Below are positions 1-8,733 of a stretch of 61,063 nucleotides of DNA, in pieces. A program made the translations under genes and the position numbers. The notes under the pieces were generated by a model that saw only the letters and a list, made by a program, of their open reading frames with translations, was not told the origin of the DNA and did not search any database. Source of the stretch: a virus (Duplodnaviria > Heunggongvirae > Uroviricota > Caudoviricetes); IMG/VR virus record IMGVR_UViG_3300005264_000029, positions 64,001 through 125,063 of that record. One strand, 5' to 3'. Each line of letters begins with the position of its first letter. Within the stretch, counting starts at the first letter, position 1.

Positions 1-1084
1 TTGAAAAAACAAATATATCCTTATTTAGTTTTTCTTGATCTTTTGCTGAGGATTTAAAATCACCCTGTGCTAATAAATCAATTTTACCATTATCAAATAC
101 TCCATATTTATTTTTTGCAGCTTCTCTTTTCTTTTCAAGTTCTTTTGCATCTTTTCTAACAATTGCAAATTCAACATCTTTTCCTCCACCAGTAATTATT
201 GACCCTGATGTAGTAAATTCTTTCATTTCTGTTTGTAAAAAAGGAGTGTTCATAATAGTTTCAGGTGTTTTAATAGTTGTATCCATTAAATATGATGGTC
301 CTTTATAGACTTCTCTTGTCTCTTTTTGTTCTTGATCATATATAGTCCTAGGTTGTATTTTTGTTTCTTTTCTTTTAATTTCAGATTTACCTAATGAAAA
401 AGATTTGAATGCTTCGGGCGCATCACTCATTGCAGATACTAAAAAATCTTTCTTTTTAGATTTATCTGACGCAAGTATATTTAATTTTGATCTTTGAATT
501 GTAGTTTCTGGAGCCTCTGATACCATACTAGATGATCCAAAAATTGATGATAATCCTGAATTAGAATTACTAGTAGGTAACGCCTTAACTCTCGAAGAGC
601 TTCCTGAACTACTCCTAGATTTTCTAGAAGATGTAAATGATGTACTTGATTGCCCTGTTAATGGATTAACAGTTGTTGTACCTGATAATTTTGTAGTTGG
701 AACAGGAGTACTAATAAATGATGTACTTGATTGCCCTGTTAATGGATTAAATGTTGTTGTACCTGATAATTTTGGTGAACTACTACTTGAAGACCTTGAA
801 GAACTACTAGATGATTTAGACGTATTTTGTTTAGTATTATTATGATCTGATATTGTTTTAGTCGATGCAAATCTTTTTCCACTTGCATCTGTTGCATATG
901 CCGGTTTACCATTTCTATATTCAACCTTTACAATTCTTGATGATGATTTACTAGATCCTTTAGATTTACTCTTAGAACTACTAGATTTACTATTTGGATC
1001 CTTACCATTTTTAATTCTAGTTACTTTACCACTGCTCGAAACGTGTTTATACGGTTTATTATTTCTATAATATGTTTTTCCCAT
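1..1084 (-). CDS. Ser/Lys/Thr-rich low-complexity protein, runs off the window start (missed by the ORF track)
   Basis: Hand translation from ATG 1084 (MGKTYYRNNKPYKHVSSSGK...) is open to position 2; AAAAAATG leader and TATA-like element upstream. Confidence 0.85.
   Translation of the reverse strand, partial: MGKTYYRNNKPYKHVSSSGKVTRIKNGKDPNSKSSSSKSKSKGSSKSSSRIVKVEYRNGKPAYATDASGKRFASTKTISDHNNTKQNTSKSSSSSSRSSSSSSPKLSGTTTFNPLTGQSSTSFISTPVPTTKLSGTTTVNPLTGQSSTSFTSSRKSRSSSGSSSRVKALPTSNSNSGLSSIFGSSSMVSEAPETTIQRSKLNILASDKSKKKDFLVSAMSDAPEAFKSFSLGKSEIKRKETKIQPRTIYDQEQKETREVYKGPSYLMDTTIKTPETIMNTPFLQTEMKEFTTSGSIITGGGKDVEFAIVRKDAKELEKKREAAKNKYGVFDNGKIDLLAQGDFKSSAKDQEKLNKDIFVFS
635..773. repeat. two about 58-bp direct repeats (period 81 bp) encoding KLSGTTT(F/V)NPLTGQSSTSF
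   Basis: aaatgatgtacttgattgccctgttaatggattaa..gttgttgtacctgataattttg at 635-692 and 716-773. Confidence 0.9.
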
Positions 1085-1136
1085 TTTTTAATATATTATA
1101 ATAATAGGAAGTAAAGTTTATATATGTAATTATTAT

Positions 1137-1439
1137 CTAGATAATAAATGTCGCAATAATATTATTTATTAATACTATAGAATAGAATATACATATGCCA
1201 TACATTATATATGGATATGCCATATATGATTGTAATTCATCCTTATTATATTTATGAAAAAAATATGCACCTATCCCTATGATTATATGTAATATTAAAT
1301 TGTTTAATATATTAGTAGAATTGTTCTCTGTACTATATAATGGATTTGCGTCAGGTACACCAGAATTAAGTCCTATATGGGTAAGTACCATATCAGCTGT
1401 AAATAGAATTAAAAAAATATATATTAATTTGTTATGCAT
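1137..1439 (-). CDS. small membrane protein, DUF5658-like
   Basis: D-x2-T-x2-GL-x2-G-x2-ANPL motif and three hydrophobic segments; own promoter at about 1445-1470. Confidence 0.55.
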   Translation of the reverse strand: MHNKLIYIFLILFTADMVLTHIGLNSGVPDANPLYSTENNSTNILNNLILHIIIGIGAYFFHKYNKDELQSYMAYPYIMYGICIFYSIVLINNIIATFII

Positions 1440-1470
1440 ATATGTTATAAATAGTTAATGCTTTATAAAG

Positions 1471-1635
1471 TTATCGTTTTTTACATTTCGTAAGTTCTTT
1501 TTCTGCTTCTACACCTTTATCATATAGAGTAACAAATGGACTAAACAATCCTTTAATACCTGATTTACAATCGTCGAATGTAGGTTCTCTTCCTTTACTT
1601 CCCAATTTTATTTTCTCCCATATGTCTTGACTCAT
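1471..1635 (-). CDS. hypothetical 54-aa protein
   Basis: MSQDIWEKIKLGSKGREPTFDDCK...; ATGA overlap with the upstream ORF. Confidence 0.65.
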   Translation of the reverse strand: MSQDIWEKIKLGSKGREPTFDDCKSGIKGLFSPFVTLYDKGVEAEKELTKCKKR

Positions 1636-1778
1636 TTTTTATGATTACCATTACCGTTTAATACCTTACAATAAAATGGTGATACTCCACCTCTATAACA
1701 TTTTTGACTTGCTGAATCTTTGAATAGTGTTCCGATGCTTATTCTATCCCTAGTCATTCTAAGTTTTAGTTGTGTCAT
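1632..1778 (-). CDS. 48-aa basic peptide with C-x9-C (paralogue b)
   Basis: MTQLKLRMTRDRISIGTLFKDSASQKCYRGGVSPFYCKV...; aligns ungapped to the neighbouring ORF. Confidence 0.7.
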   Translation of the reverse strand: MTQLKLRMTRDRISIGTLFKDSASQKCYRGGVSPFYCKVLNGNGNHKK

Positions 1779-1781
1779 ATT

Positions 1782-1904
1782 TTACTTTCTCCCACAACTT
1801 AACGTTTTGATCCCAGTTTGCCTGCACTCTGCAGAAACTGTCTTAGTAATTAATTTACCTACCTTTATTCTATCCGCTGTTGTTCTAATTCCTATACCTG
1901 CCAT
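1782..1904 (-). CDS. 40-aa basic peptide with C-x9-C (paralogue a)
   Basis: MAGIGIRTTADRIKVGKLITKTVSAECRQTGIKTLSCGRK. Confidence 0.7.
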   Translation of the reverse strand: MAGIGIRTTADRIKVGKLITKTVSAECRQTGIKTLSCGRK

Positions 1905-1907
1905 GTT

Positions 1908-2048
1908 TTAATATCTCACTCCTTGTAATTGTTCATTAGTTTTCGCTAGTTTTCTAAATAGCTCCTCATGTAATTGTTGATTTGTTGTTCTAGACATCAA
2001 ATCATTCAAATAATCTCTTTGTTGTAATAGGCCTGCTGTAGATACCAT
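1908..2048 (-). CDS. hypothetical 46-aa helical protein
   Basis: MVSTAGLLQQRDYLNDLMSR...; tight packing with neighbours. Confidence 0.55.
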   Translation of the reverse strand: MVSTAGLLQQRDYLNDLMSRTTNQQLHEELFRKLAKTNEQLQGVRY

Positions 2049-2114
2049 ATAATATTCATATATTCTATATTTATATATGTTATTATTATCTATGTAAAAA
2101 AAGGGAAATAAGTT

Positions 2115-2777
2115 TTAGGTCACTATATATGTATCGTTTTTAATAATATTATCTTTCTGCCACAATGGTTGTAAGTTAGTATAATGACAATATTTTATAG
2201 ATTCTTCTTCATCTTTGGCTAAGGCTATCGGTTTGATATGATCTATATGCCACTCCCCATAATTTTCCCAAGACATTCCTTCAGTAAATAAATTAGCCAT
2301 ATGTTCTATAAAAAACGCTAATGTGCATCCCATAATTTCTAATTTATTTATATTCTTATTTTTTGATTTACATGCTACAATTCCGTGTATTTTATTTTTT
2401 AACCTTCTCTTAAAGGCTTTTAGTGGGTTTTTCTTATATGCATCATGTCTTGCTTTATTAATTTTTTCTTTGTTTTCGGCTCTATATTTCTTAGCTAATA
2501 CAGCTAATCTTTCTTTATTATTAGCTCTATACTTATGACTATATGCTTTATAATATTCTTTCATATCGTTTCTGATTCTTTGATATCTCTCAGTATAGTA
2601 TTTTTTATGTTGCTCTTTATTTTCTCTATAATGTTTTTTACCATATTCTATAATTTTTTCTTTATTTTTTTCATAATATTTTTTATTTCTATTACACCTA
2701 CACTCATCAGAACATATTTTATTACCATTACTAGCTTTAAATGATTTATTGCATTCTATACATATTTTTTCTATCAT
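2115..2777 (-). CDS. free-standing HNH homing endonuclease
   Basis: N-terminal CxxC/CSDEC Zn motif, basic repeats, WENYGEWHIDHIKP...HYTNLQPLW..DN; own promoter at 2785-2812. Confidence 0.85.
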   Translation of the reverse strand: MIEKICIECNKSFKASNGNKICSDECRCNRNKKYYEKNKEKIIEYGKKHYRENKEQHKKYYTERYQRIRNDMKEYYKAYSHKYRANNKERLAVLAKKYRAENKEKINKARHDAYKKNPLKAFKRRLKNKIHGIVACKSKNKNINKLEIMGCTLAFFIEHMANLFTEGMSWENYGEWHIDHIKPIALAKDEEESIKYCHYTNLQPLWQKDNIIKNDTYIVT

Positions 2778-3208
2778 AAATATATTAATACTTAACTGTT
2801 TATAAGGTTTTCTATTTCTAATTAGATTTCTAGGGTATTATAAGTACTAAAATAAAAAAAGTCTTCTCTAAGAGGCCTCTAAATTAACTTATACTATAAT
2901 TAATAAAAATAAGAACATTCTTTTTCGGAATATTAAATATTTTGAGGAATGGTTTTTAACATTTCCAGATGTAGTTTAAAAGTACTACTTTTTTATGGAA
3001 GTTTTGTGGTGATGTGAGTGGGGCACCGTATAATACTAAGATAACACTTTCACTTAGATATGTCGGATTTAAAATACTCCTTCTGGGCATTTTAAAGCAC
3101 ACAGAAAAGACTTTGTTCATACCATGATGTATTTTGTACTGTAGAAAAAAAGTGGTCTTATTTGCCCTAATTTATAGGTATAATAAAAGGTGTATATCGT
3201 ATATGTCA

Positions 3209-3523
3209 CTATTGACTTTGAGATTTATATAGACACCTTTCTTCCACACATTTATTGTATGGGCACTCTAACAACTCATTAAGTTCAGGTTTGATCATTT
3301 CATTGTTATAGGACAAATTAATACAGCTATCAGGTCTCATGAAGTTAACTATCATACTCTCTGTAATGTTTACCGTTGTATTCCCATAAACACCAGTAAG
3401 AGTCATATTAGCTAATTCATGCTCGTTGTCAGCATATAACATGAATAGTATAGCATTGGTAATAATTAATAAGAATATTATGAGTACTGAGAGTGACCCT
3501 AGTATCTTATTGTTACTTTCCAT
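3209..3523 (-). CDS. membrane-anchored hypothetical protein
   Basis: N-terminal TM helix, N-x-T/S sequons, Cys cluster. Confidence 0.65.
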   Translation of the reverse strand: MESNNKILGSLSVLIIFLLIITNAILFMLYADNEHELANMTLTGVYGNTTVNITESMIVNFMRPDSCINLSYNNEMIKPELNELLECPYNKCVEERCLYKSQSQ

Positions 3524-4103
3524 TTTCCACAGGTACTTCTGATTTATCTTGATCTTTTAATTCCTCAGGTTTTTCCGGTGGTGTAACCATTACAAGAATT
3601 CCTACGTCATTCAAGCTTTTGGACATTGTTATATCTTTAACACGATCGAGCCCTTTTGCGATAGCTTCCTTTGCTTTATTAGATTTAATCTTCTTACTGT
3701 ATTCTGCGGATAATTCTGGGTCAACCTCTACTTTGTCCATTCTCTGTTTGAAGACAGGATTGTCTTGCATTTTGCTAAAGAACAATAATGACTGATTATA
3801 CTCTTCTAGCTCTTCTTCGTAAGTTCCGGTCATTCGAAGTTCTAACCATTCTATGTTATAATTAAGGTTCTCCTCTTCAGTATATGTCTTCTTAACATAA
3901 TCAAATATATAACTAGGATTATGCTTATTCTTCTTCTTGGTCTGGTTCATCTTAATTGTTGCCAATTTAAATCCATACGTTATATTTGACCATATGTAGT
4001 TTTGGATACTTACTGAATTCTTTAGGTTAGCTACTTGTCTAAGGAACCATTTCTTATCGTTATTACGGTGTATCCTCCTTCCAACCTTTACTACTACAAC
4101 CAT
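3513..4103 (-). CDS. hypothetical protein
   Basis: 196-aa ORF in a coupled operon. Confidence 0.75.
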   Translation of the reverse strand: MVVVVKVGRRIHRNNDKKWFLRQVANLKNSVSIQNYIWSNITYGFKLATIKMNQTKKKNKHNPSYIFDYVKKTYTEEENLNYNIEWLELRMTGTYEEELEEYNQSLLFFSKMQDNPVFKQRMDKVEVDPELSAEYSKKIKSNKAKEAIAKGLDRVKDITMSKSLNDVGILVMVTPPEKPEELKDQDKSEVPVENGK

Positions 4104-4104
4104 C

Positions 4105-4410
4105 TTATCTTGCCTCGAATGCTTTTATATATGTATCAATGTCATCATATTGATTAATTATATTCTTTTCTTCTCTATGTAGAAGACCCCATCTTTTAAG
4201 CATGATACTAGATGGTATATTTCTAGATGATAATTCTAACCCATGCTTCTTATACAATGCTTCTATATATGGCGTGATCTCCATTTCCATTAACTTGTCT
4301 TCAAAAGCTTTCATATGAGGATATTGTTTTTTTATGTTCTTAAGATACCTATAGTACTTACCATTTTTCACTTTTTTACCTTTAATATCAACTAGTTCTT
4401 TTTTTTCCAT
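4105..4410 (-). CDS. hypothetical protein
   Basis: 101-aa ORF, AAAAAATG leader. Confidence 0.7.
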   Translation of the reverse strand: MEKKELVDIKGKKVKNGKYYRYLKNIKKQYPHMKAFEDKLMEMEITPYIEALYKKHGLELSSRNIPSSIMLKRWGLLHREEKNIINQYDDIDTYIKAFEAR

Positions 4411-4411
4411 T

Positions 4412-4618
4412 TTATTTCTTTATCCTCATATACATCTTAGATGCTTCATCGTATTTTAATTCTCCAAAACTCACCATAGCATTCAAATATTTCTTATTAG
4501 TAGGATGATTTAATTTATTTATTTTATGTATATCATATACAAGAAAAGTATCTTTTTCTAAATTATCAACTATATATTTAACCTTTTCATATACTGTTTT
4601 TTTTTCGTTTTTAGGCAT
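4412..4618 (-). CDS. small winged-helix-like DNA-binding protein
   Basis: helix-turn-helix then LKYDEASKMYMRIK wing-like hairpin; promoter directly upstream. Confidence 0.5.
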   Translation of the reverse strand: MPKNEKKTVYEKVKYIVDNLEKDTFLVYDIHKINKLNHPTNKKYLNAMVSFGELKYDEASKMYMRIKK

Positions 4619-4879
4619 AATATAAATAATATATTTTTAATCTTTATAAATGTATTTATTCATTGTTCTATATTTGTACTGTATTTAGTTTTGATTTAGT
4701 TCTAATTTGTACCGTATTTAGTTAAAGAATTTATCATTATTTTTCATAATAAAATATAAATAATGATAATATAAACAGTTAATTAAACGTTAATTTTGTA
4801 AACAAATTAAGAACAAATACGAACTAAATTCGGACCACCCATGTATAAGAGGACTTTTTTTAAAAAGTAATGTATATAC

Positions 4880-5281
4880 CTACATCTTTAGTCCTAGCTT
4901 ATTTAATCCCCATATAATACAAAACGCCATCAATCCTACAGATATTATACCGGTAAGTATATTTAATCTAAATCCAAACATAATTACTGGTTCTGTCATA
5001 TTAATCAAAATTGCCTGTGTTATAACAACAATGAATGACAGAATTTTCCAGGGGAATATATTAAATTGAATTCTTTCAGCTTCTTGATTATTGTTTATAT
5101 ATGATAACTGGTCCTCTAATGTGAGTTTATGATCTCGTTTTTTTTCCTTTGCTGCGACTTCAAATTTTCGCACCTTAACTATGTCTGTATATAAATTTTT
5201 TATATAAAACGAAGTAATTATAGTATAAGCTATATTGGAAAAAAATAATACAATGGCGATGTTTGCAGTACTTAAAAGCAC
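4880..5281 (-). CDS. membrane protein (3 TM)
   Basis: hydrophobic segments. Confidence 0.65.
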   Translation of the reverse strand: MLLSTANIAIVLFFSNIAYTIITSFYIKNLYTDIVKVRKFEVAAKEKKRDHKLTLEDQLSYINNNQEAERIQFNIFPWKILSFIVVITQAILINMTEPVIMFGFRLNILTGIISVGLMAFCIIWGLNKLGLKM

Positions 5282-5649
5282 AGTTCTACCTCTGATACAT
5301 CAAGTTCTACATTGCCCTTGGAGATCCATTTAGATTCCTTAAGTTCATATGATTCTTCCAGAATCATTGATTCTTTTTGTGGGTTTATATTAGAACAATA
5401 GAAACAACTTGTTTTAGAATATACTATGAAATATTCTTTTTCTACTTGAAAAAATATAACATCTCTTCCTCTACCAATTACTGTTATAGCCCTACTACTA
5501 ATTACCCCTGTACGTACAGCTTTAATCATTCTTCTTCTTACTTTCGATGTTTCAGTATTATGACCATAATTATCAGTTAATATTGTCTTATATGTCTCAG
5601 GCCTATTATTAAAATCTACAGTATATCCAGGTAAATATACATCTATCAT
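5272..5649 (-). CDS. hypothetical protein
   Basis: 125-aa ORF overlapping both neighbours. Confidence 0.7.
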   Translation of the reverse strand: MIDVYLPGYTVDFNNRPETYKTILTDNYGHNTETSKVRRRMIKAVRTGVISSRAITVIGRGRDVIFFQVEKEYFIVYSKTSCFYCSNINPQKESMILEESYELKESKWISKGNVELDVSEVELCF

Positions 5650-6398
5650 TTGTCCACCAACGATGATGTTTTTTTCAACAATTGTTCTGAATCCTTTAAA
5701 ATCAAATCAAGTTGTTGTTTACTCATATCAACCTTATAAATTCTATCAATTTGTTTTATTACCCTTTGCATTGATAGTGTACCATCTCTTGATATTAGAT
5801 CTTTAAGAGTCATTATTAAAGCTGCTCTCTGGAAATCTTCTTTACTCATTGCATCAATTACGGTATTATCATCATATACATTAGATTCCCTAACTTGTAA
5901 ATATCTAGCATAAACATTCTTAGGTACCTTCGGAACCTTAAATAATTTCCAAAAATTAGGATGACCTGCTAACTTTTTCTCAACCATTTTAGTTGTTGTA
6001 AACTCTGTCCAACTACCTAATTTCTCAAATTTTTTAAGATTCCATACATCACCTGATAAGTTCTTATCCTTTACGAAAATCGATCCTTCTCCTCTCGCAT
6101 GTAAATCTAACCAATAATCTACATATGAATTCAAATACGTTTTATCGAGTTTAGTTACTTTTAGAGGAAAACAAAGGATGTAAAACAGATGCTTTGTCCT
6201 AACTTGCCCCAGAACCTTCTTTAACTCCTTGTTTTCTTTTTTCGACCAATCTTCTGCTGATGCGAAGCGAATTGCCTCATCACAATTATGTACTACCATT
6301 GAATTTGCTACAAAATTATGATTATCAGGAACTCCTATAATATCATAAACTTTAGATTTTTTAGTCCCCTTTGTTATTTTTTTAATTTTAATAAACAT
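5646..6398 (-). CDS. P-loop ATPase, C-terminal half, preceded by a 38-aa split-intein C fragment (IntC 6398-6285)
   Basis: MFIKIKKITK...VYDIIGVPDNHNFVANSMVVHN followed by CDEA (Walker B); probable start ATG 6398 after GGTGATAAAA. Confidence 0.85.
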   Translation of the reverse strand: MFIKIKKITKGTKKSKVYDIIGVPDNHNFVANSMVVHNCDEAIRFASAEDWSKKENKELKKVLGQVRTKHLFYILCFPLKVTKLDKTYLNSYVDYWLDLHARGEGSIFVKDKNLSGDVWNLKKFEKLGSWTEFTTTKMVEKKLAGHPNFWKLFKVPKVPKNVYARYLQVRESNVYDDNTVIDAMSKEDFQRAALIMTLKDLISRDGTLSMQRVIKQIDRIYKVDMSKQQLDLILKDSEQLLKKTSSLVDK

Positions 6399-7785
6399 TT
6401 TTATCACCTTTTTTTAAATTATCTATTGCCCATAACGGTTGTAGATTATTATAATTAAAACATTTAATCTGTTCTTCTTTCTTTGTTAAATTAAAAGAAC
6501 TGCATGGTTTTATATGATCTATGTGCCACTCTCCATAATTTTTCCAATTCATTCCCTCAGTAAATAATTTATTTATATACTCTTTAAATTCAGGAATTGT
6601 GCACCCTAAAAAATCCTTAAGTGATATATCTTTAATCATTCCTTGATCATTTAATGCTAGGGATACTCTTCTTCTAAGGTTCCTTTTTATTTTGTATTCT
6701 GGGTTTGTTTTCATTAATTCTTTATGTTTATTATTTAAATATTTTCTGTGTTTAGTATAGTTGTTTTTTAACCATTTTTTTCGTGTTTCTTTTATTGCTT
6801 CTTTATTATTATCATAATATTTTTTATTTGATATTTTATATTTATCTTTATTTTTTTGATATTCCTTATGTTTTTGTTCTTTATATTTATCAGGATTCTC
6901 AATCGCCCATTTTTGTTTTTTCTTTAATAATTCTTCACTATTCTCTTTTCTATAAATATGTAAATATTTCTTTATTTTTTCTTTATGCTCTAAAGCATAA
7001 CGTTTTAATCCACACTTGCGACAACATACTTTTACTTCTTCTCTTACAGGAATAAACTCTTTATCACATATAACACAAGTTTTGCTTCGTACCTGTATTT
7101 CCTCGTCTTCTGTTAAATCTTTTAATTTTTTATAACCCTTTTTTGTGAGAAACAAATGATTTTCTGTAGCCTTTATTTTTTTACCATTAATCAATTCTAT
7201 TTCGAATACTACTTCTTTTCCGGTCTGAATTGTTTTTTCTGGTTTTTTATATTCGTATCTATCATTTTTTATATTATAAGATAAAACTTCATAATCATTC
7301 CTTCCAACTAAATCTTTTATGCTTTCTGTTTTTTCAATTCCTTCAACCTTTACTTTAATAGATGTATCACCAGACAAACATAAGATAGGACTAAAGGCCG
7401 GAAGTTCCTGAATCAATCTCATAATATCTTCGTTGTTATATGCAATATGTTTCTTTGGGTCAAATCGAATACCTATTAATTTGCACCACGCCCTACACAA
7501 TTGAATTCCTGTGCTGCTCTTGCCCGTCCCCTTATCACTACTTAACAGTAGTAATGTATCATAGTTTGCTAAATTTCTTTGTAAACAATATTTAACAAAT
7601 TGAGAAAACACTCTATACTTTGATTTCTTTTCAGGTTCCGCTGGTTTTAATCGATTCTTTTTATATTCGTGGAATAAATATAAAACTTGTTTATGTGTGA
7701 GATTATCTTTAGGTAAATTATTCTTTTTCATAATTTCCTCAATCACATTAACATCTACATTAGTTAATCCTATTTCATCTACCAT
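6388..7785 (-). CDS. P-loop ATPase N-half (Zot/FtsK-HerA-like, possibly genome packaging) + IntN (from 7380) + fused HNH endonuclease
   Basis: Walker A SDKGTGKS; FSPIL followed by CLSGDT intein block A and KATENHLF block B; terminal EWHIDHIKP..NLQPLW; no intein C-terminal motif in this ORF. Confidence 0.85.
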   Translation of the reverse strand: MVDEIGLTNVDVNVIEEIMKKNNLPKDNLTHKQVLYLFHEYKKNRLKPAEPEKKSKYRVFSQFVKYCLQRNLANYDTLLLLSSDKGTGKSSTGIQLCRAWCKLIGIRFDPKKHIAYNNEDIMRLIQELPAFSPILCLSGDTSIKVKVEGIEKTESIKDLVGRNDYEVLSYNIKNDRYEYKKPEKTIQTGKEVVFEIELINGKKIKATENHLFLTKKGYKKLKDLTEDEEIQVRSKTCVICDKEFIPVREEVKVCCRKCGLKRYALEHKEKIKKYLHIYRKENSEELLKKKQKWAIENPDKYKEQKHKEYQKNKDKYKISNKKYYDNNKEAIKETRKKWLKNNYTKHRKYLNNKHKELMKTNPEYKIKRNLRRRVSLALNDQGMIKDISLKDFLGCTIPEFKEYINKLFTEGMNWKNYGEWHIDHIKPCSSFNLTKKEEQIKCFNYNNLQPLWAIDNLKKGDKNVY

Positions 7786-7976
7786 TATCTTGAACCTCCG
7801 GTTAAAGTCATATTAATAATCCTCCCTATGATAACTTAGAAAATTAGATATCATCCATATACCTAATGTACCAAGAACAATTATTCCTATTGTTTTCTGT
7901 GCAAATGATCCTGCAGTTATTGCCGATATAGATACAAATATTACTATTAATATTATTCCTATAAGTAATATATCAC

Positions 7977-8159
7977 TCATTTCTTATCCTCTACTGCATT
8001 AGTACTTAAAATTCTAAAAGAAAGTATACTCATAATAATTCCACCTAAAAGAGGATGTGTATATATGTCAAATGTTACCCTTAATAAAAAAATTACTGCT
8101 AATAAAATTATAAATACTGCACCAATCAATACAAAATCTTCTCTAATATTTTTACTCAT
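7977..8159 (-). CDS. small membrane protein
   Basis: two TM segments. Confidence 0.55.
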   Translation of the reverse strand: MSKNIREDFVLIGAVFIILLAVIFLLRVTFDIYTHPLLGGIIMSILSFRILSTNAVEDKK

Positions 8160-8485
8160 TTCTTAATTGTACCTATATGTATTTTAATTAAATTCCAAAA
8201 GTCCATACCACATGCTACAAAATATGCAATCATTGCATACGCGGTCTCTTCTGAATGTATATAAAAAAAAGGTATAAAGGCAAACATACCAGCAATTATT
8301 CCTGAACCTAAGAACGCACTCTTTTGTAAATTGGTCATGAGTGTACCAGGTATAATTTTTACGTAAGTTTTCTTAAGTCTCACAGCTGGCCAATTTTTAA
8401 ACACTGACCAGTAAAAAAAAATATGTCCCAATTCATGAATAAGAATTGCAAATAAATATACTAATATCATAAAAATAAATTCCAT
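8156..8485 (-). CDS. membrane protein with HExxH (M50-like zinc peptidase fold)
   Basis: LIHELGH within a hydrophobic helix and a later GMD; own promoter. Confidence 0.6.
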   Translation of the reverse strand: MEFIFMILVYLFAILIHELGHIFFYWSVFKNWPAVRLKKTYVKIIPGTLMTNLQKSAFLGSGIIAGMFAFIPFFYIHSEETAYAMIAYFVACGMDFWNLIKIHIGTIKK

Positions 8486-8545
8486 ATATATTATATATGA
8501 TTAACTATTTATAAAGGTTTCGTTTAGATACATATATAAATCTCT

Positions 8546-8728
8546 ATGTCATGTATATACTATATGAAACAAAGAAATAATTTAAGATGTTTAGGTAACA
8601 ACACAATTGTTGGTGGAGCAATTGGTGGTCTAGTATTTGGTGCTCCTGGATTAATAGCAGGAGCAGTACTTGGAAATGTGGCAGATAATAAATGTAATTG
8701 TACTAATTGTAGAAAACAAAAAAGATAG
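8546..8728 (+). CDS. small glycine-zipper protein with Cys-rich tail
   Basis: GGAIGGLVFGAPGLIAGAVLG; divergent TATA at about 8530. Confidence 0.6.
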   Translation: MSCIYYMKQRNNLRCLGNNTIVGGAIGGLVFGAPGLIAGAVLGNVADNKCNCTNCRKQKR

Positions 8729-8733
8729 ATTAT

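Noticed and set aside
5646-7785. Terminase large subunit
   Set aside because: No RNase H-like nuclease domain, and motif spacing fits a small Zot/FtsK-HerA-like ATPase
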